Origin: Cytophagales bacterium
Lineage (GTDB): Bacteria > Bacteroidota > Bacteroidia > Cytophagales > Microscillaceae
Assembly (NCBI GenBank): GCA_031425615.1
Contig: JANPJR010000030.1
Coordinates: 18,492-82,491 of the forward strand
Reading direction: 5' to 3'
Length of the DNA stretch: 64,000 bases
Under the pieces are notes generated by a model. It saw nothing but the letters and a program-made list of their open reading frames with translations, ran no database searches and had not been told where the DNA came from. Made by a program: the position numbers and the translations under genes. Shown here in pieces: positions 29,307-38,065 of the stretch (position 1 is the first letter of the stretch; each line of letters starts with the position of its first letter).

Positions 29307-30359
29307 TCAAACATTTCCCTCTCTCATTCTTGGGTCAAAAACACTATACAATACATCTACAAGCACATTAATACACACAAAAATAAACGCCATAAATATT
29401 GTAGCACCCATTACCACAGGCAAGTCAAAATCACGTGAGGCTTCTAAGGTTACCCTGCCTAAGCCTTTCCATGCAAAAATATATTCCACAAAAAATGCTC
29501 CTGCCATCAAACTCGCCAACCAACCCGAAATCGCAGTAATTACAGGATTTAGGGCATTGCGTAAGGCATGCACGTAGAGGATTTTATAGGCAGAAAGTCC
29601 TTTTGCTTTTGCGGTGCGAATATAATCTTGTTTCAAAACTTCCAACATACTATTACGTGTAAGTTGCGTAATAATCGCCAAAGGACGCACAGACAAGGTA
29701 AGTGCAGGTAAAATTAAATTATCCAAACGCAATTTATACACACCCGAAAGCGTATCCATTTCCCACAGCGAACCTGTCATACGCAAACCTGTAAAATGTG
29801 CCAACCAAAAACCAAATACCACCGAAAATATCATAGCAGACACAAACGAGGGCGTAGCAATGCCCAAAACAGACACACCCATAATGCCTTTGTCCCACAA
29901 ATCGCCTTCATGTTGCGAGGCAAAAATGCCAATCATAATACCAAAAACAGTTGCCAAAAACATGGCACTTACTGCCAAAATAATTGTTCCCCAAAGGGCT
30001 TCCCACAATATTTCACTTACCAATTTTCCTGTGAGATATGACCGCCTAAAATTTGGAAATTTCAACACAAAATTTGTATTTTCACTAAAAGAAAAAAGCA
30101 AAATATAGCGATAATCTTCGTTTTTTAAGGTATTTTTTTGGTGAAAGGATAAAGGCAAAAGATCATTCAAATAATAACCATACTGCACATACAAAGGCTT
30201 GTCAAGTCCCCATTCTGAGATAAGTTTTTGGCGTGTTTCTGCATCAGCATTGTCACCCAAAAGCACAGAAGTAGGATTGGCAGGCATCACCAAAAATAAT
30301 ACAAAAACGATAGTAGCAACGCCCCAAAGCACTCCCATTCCTTGTAATATGCGTTTCAA
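29307..30359 (-). CDS. ABC transporter permease, DppB/OppB family (no adjacent ATPase or binding protein)
   Basis: Signature YIRTAKAKGLSAYKILYVHALRNALNPVITAISGWLASLMAGAFFVEYIFAWKGLG (EAA loop region). The track ORF runs to TTG 30455, but its first ~30 codons merely translate a GC-rich REP-like motif (30378..30396). A TTG at 30359 (MKRILQGMGVLWGV...) or the ATG at 30338 gives a canonical N-terminus. The start is uncertain. Confidence 0.8.
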   Translation of the reverse strand: MKRILQGMGVLWGVATIVFVLFLVMPANPTSVLLGDNADAETRQKLISEWGLDKPLYVQYGYYLNDLLPLSFHQKNTLKNEDYRYILLFSFSENTNFVLKFPNFRRSYLTGKLVSEILWEALWGTIILAVSAMFLATVFGIMIGIFASQHEGDLWDKGIMGVSVLGIATPSFVSAMIFSVVFGFWLAHFTGLRMTGSLWEMDTLSGVYKLRLDNLILPALTLSVRPLAIITQLTRNSMLEVLKQDYIRTAKAKGLSAYKILYVHALRNALNPVITAISGWLASLMAGAFFVEYIFAWKGLGRVTLEASRDFDLPVVMGATIFMAFIFVCINVLVDVLYSVFDPRMREGNV

Positions 30360-30502
30360 TTTGATTAAAATTAGTCCCAGCCCCCAAAGGGACAAAAGGT
30401 AGTAAAAAAAAAGTAAATAGTTGTCAGTAATCAGTTTTTTCCCAGTAAAATACAAAACTAAAAAAAACTGAAAAAACTGACAACTGAAAAAACTAAAAAA
30501 CC

Positions 30503-31642
30503 CTATTTTAACAAATCTCTTGCAATAACGATTTTTTGAATTTCGGAAGTGCCTTCATAGATTTGGGTAATTTTGGCATCACGCATCATACGTTCCACAT
30601 GAAACTCTTTCACATAACCATAACCACCATGCACTTGTACCGCTTCGGTTGTAACGTCCATTGCTACTTGTGAAGCAAATAATTTGCATTGTGCAGCAGC
30701 AGATACATAATCTTGGTGTGCATCTTTGAGTTTGGCAGCGTGTAATGTAAGCAACCTCGCACAATTAATATGCGTAAGCATATCTGCAAGTTTAAATTGA
30801 ATGGCTTGGTGTTCAGAGATAGGTTTTCCAAATGCTTTGCGTTCTTTGGAATACTTTACAGAAAGCTCGTAAGCACCAGACGCAATACCTAACGCTTGTG
30901 CAGCAATGCCAATACGACCACCATTGAGGGTTTCCATCGCAAATTTAAACCCAAAACCATCACCGCCAATACGGTTTGTTTTTGGTACTTTTACATCTGT
31001 AAACATCAGCGAATGTGTATCAGAGCTTCTAATACCCATTTTATCTTCTTTTTTTCCCACTACAAATCCCTCTGTACCTTTCTCCACAATCAGCACATTG
31101 ATACCTTTGTGTTTGAGTTCAGGATAAGTTTGTGCAATCACAAGATAAATAGAGGCATTTCCACCATTGGTTATCCAGTTTTTTGTGCCATTTAGGAGGT
31201 AATAATCGCCTTTATCTTCTGCGATTGTTTTTTGGGAAGTTGCATCAGAGCCTGCCTCTGGCTCAGAAAGACAAAACGCACCCAATACATCTCCTTTTGC
31301 AAGTGGTACAAGATATTTACGTTTTTGTTCTTCATTGCCATATTTTTCCAATCCCCAGCACACTAAGGAATTATTGACTGACATTGCCACCGCAGCAGAC
31401 GCATCTACTTTGGCTATTTCCTCTAATGCCAACACATAGGATACGGTGTCCATGCCACTTCCACCATATTCGGTAGGCACCATCATACCCATAAAGCCCA
31501 ATTCTGCCATTTTTTTGATAGAACTGAAAGGGAATTTTGCTTCGTTATCACGTTCAATAATCCCTTCCCAAAGATTATTTTGGGCAAAATCACGTGCTGC
31601 ATCACGCACAGCTATTTGTTCTTCTGTAAGAAAATCCGTCAT
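30503..31642 (-). CDS. Acyl-CoA dehydrogenase (short/butyryl-CoA type), paralog 2
   Basis: MGMMVPTEYGGSGMD, LIVEKGTEGF, MRDAKITQIYEGTSEIQKIVIAR. A paralog of 13760..14917. Confidence 0.9.
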   Translation of the reverse strand: MTDFLTEEQIAVRDAARDFAQNNLWEGIIERDNEAKFPFSSIKKMAELGFMGMMVPTEYGGSGMDTVSYVLALEEIAKVDASAAVAMSVNNSLVCWGLEKYGNEEQKRKYLVPLAKGDVLGAFCLSEPEAGSDATSQKTIAEDKGDYYLLNGTKNWITNGGNASIYLVIAQTYPELKHKGINVLIVEKGTEGFVVGKKEDKMGIRSSDTHSLMFTDVKVPKTNRIGGDGFGFKFAMETLNGGRIGIAAQALGIASGAYELSVKYSKERKAFGKPISEHQAIQFKLADMLTHINCARLLTLHAAKLKDAHQDYVSAAAQCKLFASQVAMDVTTEAVQVHGGYGYVKEFHVERMMRDAKITQIYEGTSEIQKIVIARDLLK

Positions 31643-31940
31643 CTTTTTTGTTTTTTTATAATTTTATGACAAAAATAACCATTTTTTGAGAGAAAAAAAA
31701 CTTTGGTATTTTGCAACAAACCAACCTTGTATTAAAATTGAGAAGGGCTAAATGAAAATATAAATTTTTAACCCTAAAATTTATTATTACATGATTTTAC
31801 TTGAAAATATACGTAACATACTTTTCCATAGTGAAGGGGTTACAAACACTTCACTATGGAAAAAATAGAATTTTTCACATATTTTTACCAAATAAAATTA
31901 CTTGGTACCAAAAACTTGGTACCAAAACTGACAACTTGGA

Positions 31941-32516
31941 TTAAATATGTTTATCTAAAATAGCAGAAATATTCCCAAAAATTTCATGTATTGTGCCAAT
32001 GCCTGATATAGATTCAAATTTATTTTGTGCTTGGTAATAATTGGCAACAGGGCGCGTTTTTGTTTCATATTCTTGCACACGTTGGCGTACAAGGTCTTCG
32101 TTTTGGTCGTCAGCCCTGCCTGATGTTTCGCCACGTTTGAGTATGCGTGTAGTCAATTCTTCATTATTTACTTCCAATGCAATCATGACCGAAATACTCA
32201 TATTACGTTGTTTGAGCATATTATCCAACGCTTGTGCTTGTACTTGTGTGCGTGGAAATCCATCAAAAATAAATCCTGTACTTTCAGGGTGTGCGTCTAT
32301 TTTGTTGGAAACCATGCCAATAAGCACATCATCAGGCACGAGATTACCTGCATTCATAAACCTTTTTGCTTCCAAACCAAGTTGCGTTTCTTGTGCAACT
32401 TCTGCTCTGAGTAGGTCGCCTGTAGATATTTGAATGAGTCCGTATTTTTTTACGATATTTTCGCTTTGCGTACCTTTTCCTGCGCCAGGAGGTCCAAATA
32501 AAACCAAATTTAGCAT
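31941..32516 (-). CDS. adk: Adenylate kinase (short type, no long LID insertion)
   Basis: P-loop LFGPPGAGKGTQ, the ISTGDLLRAEV NMP-binding region, and FDGFPRT. 191 aa. Confidence 0.9.
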   Translation of the reverse strand: MLNLVLFGPPGAGKGTQSENIVKKYGLIQISTGDLLRAEVAQETQLGLEAKRFMNAGNLVPDDVLIGMVSNKIDAHPESTGFIFDGFPRTQVQAQALDNMLKQRNMSISVMIALEVNNEELTTRILKRGETSGRADDQNEDLVRQRVQEYETKTRPVANYYQAQNKFESISGIGTIHEIFGNISAILDKHI

Positions 32517-32749
32517 ATTTTTATTTTTTTAAATCCTTTTTTATACACCCCAAACTTGAAAGTTATGTTGGTATATATATGGGGTTTGTTTTATGAGAAA
32601 AATTTTTTATACCAAAGATGGTATTTTTTTTTAAAACTACAAAAAGAAAAATAAATTAAGTTATCAGTAACCTGTTTTTTTTAAGTTAATCCAAGTTGTT
32701 TATTATATTTTTTTTCAAAACTTACAACTAAAAAACTGGTAATTTTTAG

Positions 32750-33322
32750 TTATTCTGCTTCCAACACATTTACAATATTTTCAAAAACTTTTTCAGGTTC
32801 AGGCAATCCATCTATTTCAAAAAATTTACTTTGTTGTTTATAAAATTTTGATACTGTTTGTGTTTCATGATTATAAAGTCTGATGCGACCTTTGATAATG
32901 ATTTCGTTTTGGTCATCAATGCGGTTGTTAGTTTTGCCTCTTTTTAGTATGCGTTTTACGAGTTCTTCATCTGGCACTTGTAATGACAATACATGTGTTA
33001 TTTCAATATTTTGGGTACTAAATATTTTTTCCAACGTATTTAATTGTGTTTGATTACGTGGAAAACCATCAAAAATAAAGCCATTGCTTGCACTATTGGC
33101 AACAATCATATTCTCAATCATTTTAAAAATAATATCATCAGAAACCATTTTTCCCATTGCCAATGTATCTTTTATTTGTATGCCAATATGTGTTTGTTGG
33201 CTGATTTCTTTACGCAACAAATCGCCTGTAGAAATCTGTATAAGTCCATATTTTCCTATTAATTTCTCGCCTTGTGTGCCTTTTCCAGAGCCTGGCGCAC
33301 CAAATAAAATAATGTTTTTCAT
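32750..33322 (-). CDS. Adenylate kinase paralog (second tandem copy, short type)
   Basis: ATG at 33322 (MKNIILFGAPGSGKGTQ). The track ORF starts at a GTG at 33355. ISTGDLLRKEI, FDGFPRN. About 45% identical to the upstream adk. Confidence 0.85.
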   Translation of the reverse strand: MKNIILFGAPGSGKGTQGEKLIGKYGLIQISTGDLLRKEISQQTHIGIQIKDTLAMGKMVSDDIIFKMIENMIVANSASNGFIFDGFPRNQTQLNTLEKIFSTQNIEITHVLSLQVPDEELVKRILKRGKTNNRIDDQNEIIIKGRIRLYNHETQTVSKFYKQQSKFFEIDGLPEPEKVFENIVNVLEAE

Positions 33323-33582
33323 ATTAAAAAAATGATATGATGAATAAATTTTCACAAAAAAACAGATAAAAACTAAAATATAAAAGTTTTAAAGCAAATA
33401 ATTATGAAATAATTATAAAAACTATTGATATTTACCTTTTATCAAAAAAAATTTCCCTAATTTAACGTGTAATTTCTGTTACCTTTTTCTATTATTTTTT
33501 ATTTTTCAAAAAAATAAGCACTTTTGCATTTTTAAATAAAAAAAAGAAAAATCTATAATACCAAATCCATAATCTTATTTTT

Positions 33583-35949
33583 ATGTTCAGTTCTACAAAA
33601 AAACTCTTTTTATGCCTGTTGTTCCTATGTATAGGTGCACCAGCATTTGCCCAAGTATTGCGTTTGGGGCTTGTTAATAGTAATTATGCAGGTACAAACG
33701 GTTTGCATTTCAATCCTGCAAGCATCGCAGACAATCGTTACAGATTTTACATGGAAATCTTAAACGCTGGTTTTACTGCAAATAATAACCGTTATATTTT
33801 TGAAACAAAAAACAACTTTGAAGAGTGGAATGTGAAAGGCGATAGAGGCAAAGGCAGTTTGGGAAATGTTGGAGCCAATTTTAATATTCCTGTCATTAAT
33901 TTGATGTTTAAGGTTTCGCCAAAAGCATATTTTGGGCTTACAACACGCACACGCACCTATTTGAATGTGAATGGCATGTCCGAAAATTTTTTTAAATTAT
34001 TAAAAGAAGAAGGAAAATTTGCTAATTTTGATACCAATGCTAATTATTCTGGGAGTACAGGCAATGTTAATTTTAATAGTTGGCTTGAAATTGGAGTAAC
34101 TTATGGGCGTGAATTATTAAAAAAAGACAATCATTTTCTCAAAATTGGCGGTACTGTGAAATATCTCATGGGTGCAGGAAGTGCCAACTATACCCTCAAA
34201 AAATTGGATTACAGCATTGTTACACAAGCCACACAAAACGGTGGCACAGAGAAAGTAATGCGTATCAACAACATAGAAGGTAATATTTCGTATAGTAACA
34301 AGGGCGATTTTGAAGCATCTTCTGATATATTGGGCAATTCACAAGGCAGTGGCGTTGGCATTGATTTAGGAGCAGTATATGAATATCGCCCAAATCCTGA
34401 GAAATACACGTACAAAATGGACAACGAAATGCACGAAGACCGCAGAATGAACAAATACAAATATCGTTTGTCTGCTTCACTCATGGATTTAGGGTTTATT
34501 CGTTACAATACAGGCAATTCCCGTTCTTATAATACCAATATCCAAAATCGTATCCTTACACAATCTGACATTGAAAACGCACAAGACCCTGACAAAGTGA
34601 TAAGTGCATTGGGTATTTCTGCTAATGACTTTCAAAGTAAATATAATGCAGGTTTGCCTACTTCTTTGAATTTGAGTGCAGATTACAATTTTTATAAATA
34701 CTTGTTTCTCAATGCAACTTATATTCAAAACCTTAAAGGGAAATTCGCAAGAAGTGCAAGACAACAAACCGTTTTTGCCCTTACGCCACGTTTTGAGCGT
34801 AGTATGTTTGAGATTGCAATGCCTATCGTCCTATCCAATAATTTGAGTTCTTTGGATTTGGGATTGATGATTCGTTTGGATTTCTTTTATATTGGTTCTG
34901 ATAATCTTTCTGTATTATATAATCCTTCACGTGTGAGAGGTGTAGATTTTTATACAGGAATTTCTGTACCTATTCGTAGAGTAAAACGTCCTCGTGATAG
35001 AGATGGTGATGAAATATCAGATGGAATAGACCTTTGTAAAACAGAAAAAGGCACTTGGGAACTCAAAGGTTGCCCTGACCAAGATGGCGATGGCATTACT
35101 GACAAAGACGATAATTGCCCAACCGAAGCAGGGAAAGCAGAGTTTAAAGGTTGTCCTGACCAAGACAATGATGGTGTGATGGACAAAGAAGATGATTGCC
35201 CTACAATTGCAGGAAAACCTGAATTAAAAGGTTGCCCTGACACGGATAATGATGGCATCATGGACAAAGAAGACGATTGTCCAAGTGAAGCGGGCAAAAA
35301 AGAATTTAAAGGTTGTCCTGACACGGATAATGATGGCATCATGGACAAAGAGGACGAATGTCCAACAGTTGCAGGTATTGCACAATTCAAAGGTTGCCCT
35401 GATACTGATGGTGATGGCATCAAAGACAGCGAAGACGATTGCCCTACCATCGCAGGAAAACCCGAACTAAAAGGTTGCCCTGACAAAGATAATGATGGTG
35501 TAGCAGACAAAGACGACCAATGCCCTGATGTAGCAGGTTTGAAAGAGCTGAAAGGTTGCCCTGAAACCAAAAATAGCGAGCCTATTCTTACCGCAGAAGA
35601 AAAAGAAACCTTGAAAGAAGCTTTTGAAAATCTTGAATTTGAAACAGGCAAAGCAATTATTGCCCAAAAATCACTTTCAAGCCTCAAAGAACTCGCTGAA
35701 GTATTGAAAAAACGTGATAAATATAAACTGGAAATATCTGGACATACTGATAATCAAGGCATTGCAAATGCAAACCTCGCACTTAGCAAGCAACGAGCTG
35801 AAGCGGTAAAAGCATTTTTGGTAAAAGAAAAAATCCCTGCAAATAGACTCATAGCACAAGGTTTTGGACAAACTAAACCTGTTGCAGATAATAAAACTGC
35901 AGAAGGCAGACAGAAAAATCGTAGGGTAGAAATGAAAGTGATTAAGTAA
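33583..35949 (+). CDS. OmpA-family protein with N-terminal beta-barrel-like domain and thrombospondin type-3 (Ca-binding) repeats
   Basis: Signal peptide. Six to seven 27-aa repeats KGCPDxDxDGxxDKxDxCPT.AG with the DxDxDGxxD Ca-binding signature. C-terminal OmpA domain (ISGHTDNQGIANANLALSKQRAEAV...NRRVEM). Confidence 0.85.
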   Translation: MFSSTKKLFLCLLFLCIGAPAFAQVLRLGLVNSNYAGTNGLHFNPASIADNRYRFYMEILNAGFTANNNRYIFETKNNFEEWNVKGDRGKGSLGNVGANFNIPVINLMFKVSPKAYFGLTTRTRTYLNVNGMSENFFKLLKEEGKFANFDTNANYSGSTGNVNFNSWLEIGVTYGRELLKKDNHFLKIGGTVKYLMGAGSANYTLKKLDYSIVTQATQNGGTEKVMRINNIEGNISYSNKGDFEASSDILGNSQGSGVGIDLGAVYEYRPNPEKYTYKMDNEMHEDRRMNKYKYRLSASLMDLGFIRYNTGNSRSYNTNIQNRILTQSDIENAQDPDKVISALGISANDFQSKYNAGLPTSLNLSADYNFYKYLFLNATYIQNLKGKFARSARQQTVFALTPRFERSMFEIAMPIVLSNNLSSLDLGLMIRLDFFYIGSDNLSVLYNPSRVRGVDFYTGISVPIRRVKRPRDRDGDEISDGIDLCKTEKGTWELKGCPDQDGDGITDKDDNCPTEAGKAEFKGCPDQDNDGVMDKEDDCPTIAGKPELKGCPDTDNDGIMDKEDDCPSEAGKKEFKGCPDTDNDGIMDKEDECPTVAGIAQFKGCPDTDGDGIKDSEDDCPTIAGKPELKGCPDKDNDGVADKDDQCPDVAGLKELKGCPETKNSEPILTAEEKETLKEAFENLEFETGKAIIAQKSLSSLKELAEVLKKRDKYKLEISGHTDNQGIANANLALSKQRAEAVKAFLVKEKIPANRLIAQGFGQTKPVADNKTAEGRQKNRRVEMKVIK
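35066..35568 (+). repeat. 81-bp tandem repeats (about 6 copies) encoding the TSP3 repeats
   Basis: The DNA unit aaaggttgccctgac...ga(a/t)tt recurs in phase at 81-bp spacing. Confidence 0.8.
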
Positions 35950-36009
35950 AAATTAACCTTTTCAGTTGTCAGTTTTTAGTTATTTTTAAAATTTATAAAA
36001 AAATAACAC

Positions 36010-36057
36010 AAAAACAGCCAAAAATCTATTTCAAAAAATAGGTTTTTGGCTGTTTTA
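36010..36057. terminator. Strong hairpin terminator between convergent OmpA-TSP3 and hbd genes
   Basis: aacagccaaaaa-tctatttcaaaaaatagg-tttttggctgtt: 12-bp stem, followed by TTTT. Confidence 0.6.
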
Positions 36058-36120
36058 CTAAAAAAATAGTTTTAAAACGAAAAAAATAGTTTCTAACTGA
36101 AAAAACTGATTACTGAAAAA

Positions 36121-37011
36121 TTATTTTCTAAATCTCTCCGCCACTACAAGCGTTTTACTGCCTGCAACATATTCATAAAAACCTTTCCCTGTTTTTACGC
36201 CCAAATGTCCAGCTTCTACCATATTAACCAAAAGCGGACAAGGGGCATATTTTTGATTGCCTAAACCATTATATAACACTTTTAAAATATTCAAACATAC
36301 GTCCAAACCCACAAAATCAGCTAATTGAAGTGGTCCCATAGGGTGTGCCATGCCAAGTTTCATGACAGTATCTATTTCTTCTACGCCAGCAACGCCCTCA
36401 AAAAGTGTGTAAAAAGCCTCGTTGAGCATAGGCATCAAGATACGATTAGACACAAAACCAGGATAATCATTTACCACAACAGGCACTTTACCAAGTTGCA
36501 CAGAAAGGTCAAAAATTTGTTGGGAGATGGCTTTATCTGTGGCATAACCATTAATAATTTCCACAAGTTTCATTACAGGCACAGGGTTAAAAAAGTGCAT
36601 ACCAACTACCTGCGTTGGACGTGTGGTAGCTGAGGCTATTTTAGTGATAGAAATAGACGAAGTATTGCTTGCCAAAATTGCATTTTTTGGTGCAAAAGCA
36701 TCTAATTGTTTAAAAATTTGAAGTTTTAAATCAATGTTTTCAGTGGCTGCTTCTACAATTAAATCTGCTTTTTCAACGCCTTTTTGCAAATCCGTAAAAG
36801 TAGTAATATTGTTTAATGTTTGCGTTTTGTGTTCTTCTGTAAGCGTACCTTTTGTAATTTGTCGGTCAAGGTTGCCTGCAATGGTTTTAAGGGCTTTTTC
36901 AAGACTTTCAACCTTAATATCAACCAATGATACCAAAAAACCATTTTGTGCAAATAAATGTGCAATACCATTGCCCATTGTACCTGAGCCTATTACAGTG
37001 ATGTTTTTCAT
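36121..37011 (-). CDS. hbd: 3-hydroxybutyryl-CoA / 3-hydroxyacyl-CoA dehydrogenase (NAD-binding)
   Basis: N-terminal ITVIGSGTMGNGIAH Rossmann motif. 3HCDH C-terminal domain. 296 aa, typical of Hbd. Confidence 0.9.
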   Translation of the reverse strand: MKNITVIGSGTMGNGIAHLFAQNGFLVSLVDIKVESLEKALKTIAGNLDRQITKGTLTEEHKTQTLNNITTFTDLQKGVEKADLIVEAATENIDLKLQIFKQLDAFAPKNAILASNTSSISITKIASATTRPTQVVGMHFFNPVPVMKLVEIINGYATDKAISQQIFDLSVQLGKVPVVVNDYPGFVSNRILMPMLNEAFYTLFEGVAGVEEIDTVMKLGMAHPMGPLQLADFVGLDVCLNILKVLYNGLGNQKYAPCPLLVNMVEAGHLGVKTGKGFYEYVAGSKTLVVAERFRK

Positions 37012-37214
37012 GGGAATAACTAATAATTAATTTGGGTAATAATTTTGGGCTATATAAAATAGGAAATGTTATAAAAATGTTTAATGTTTTATATAGCACA
37101 AAATTATGATTTTTTTTGATTAAACCAACAAATTACCCAATAAGCACGTAGAATTGCTTATATCGCCAAATCCAATAGCCTTTTTTTAGCCTATTGATTG
37201 ATGCCTAAAATAGT

Positions 37215-37763
37215 TTAAAAATCTTCGTTTTGTATTGCATCAAGTTCAGATTTTATCCATTTTTGACGAAAAATAAATTTTTTTTCTGTTTTTTCAATAG
37301 GCACTACAAATTTCAAATAACGCAACGCAAACCAAATATCTTTGCTTGGAAATAAAATACTCCCTCTAATACTTTCTTGTGGAAACAAATGCGTTTTTCG
37401 CAATGTCAATCTCTCCCAATTTGTTTTTGTATTTTTGAGGTCTTGTGCCTCCCATGCTTTTAGCATAGCATTATCTACTGCATATTTACCACTCAAAATA
37501 CCCAACGAAGCTACTGCGCTTGCCTTGTTGTTGGTGTTATTTTGAGTATTATGATTGTTGTTGCGTTCTTGCAAAGTATTGTTTTTAGAAGGTGTAGGTT
37601 GAGAAGCAATAGCCACCGCAGTAGCTGTAAGGGCAACTGTTGCACCTACAATTGCCCATGTTTGGTTATTTTTGGCACTTGCATCTTTGCGTGCTATTTC
37701 TTTTTCCAAATCCAAAATCTTTTTTTCTGGGTCAATTGCATAATACAACTTTGCATCATTCAT
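37215..37763 (-). CDS. Hypothetical protein
   Basis: ATG at 37763. Asn/Thr-rich middle and a hydrophobic segment (WAIVGATVALTATAVAIA). No domain recognised. Confidence 0.35.
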   Translation of the reverse strand: MNDAKLYYAIDPEKKILDLEKEIARKDASAKNNQTWAIVGATVALTATAVAIASQPTPSKNNTLQERNNNHNTQNNTNNKASAVASLGILSGKYAVDNAMLKAWEAQDLKNTKTNWERLTLRKTHLFPQESIRGSILFPSKDIWFALRYLKFVVPIEKTEKKFIFRQKWIKSELDAIQNEDF

Positions 37764-38065
37764 CAATGTATTATTTGTGGTGTCAAATGTTGTATAATAA
37801 ATTTTCTCATTTGTGTTAGAAAATTTATTTAAAAATACATTTTTTATAAAAAATATGACAGGAAAATAGTTTTTTGTAAAAGAAACAGTTTTGAAATTGA
37901 ATAAAAAAATTATGTTTTAATGTATAATTTTATATCTATTAACAAGACATTAACTTAAAAAAAGGTTGCCTATATGTTTTTTATATTTAAAAAAAATAAA
38001 AAAAACAAATACCAAAGGCATTTGTTTTTCTGTTTGTTATGTTTACTTATTGTAATTTTTTGTTT

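Noticed and set aside
30339-30455. N-terminal extension of the DppB-like permease ORF
   Set aside because: The extension (..SLWGLGLIL..) is the translation of a REP-like GC-rich motif at 30378..30396. A downstream TTG or ATG gives a canonical permease N-terminus.
31941-32516. Apparent 1-nt discrepancy in the adk gene length when hand-counting from the printed sequence
   Set aside because: Almost certainly a hand-counting slip. The ORF-track coordinates are internally consistent (576 nt) and were used.
35066-35568. Regular 81-bp repeats that at first glance resemble a repeat-spacer array
   Set aside because: They lie inside a long ORF and encode in-phase TSP3 peptide repeats, and there are no unique spacers. 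No CRISPR array is present anywhere in the window.
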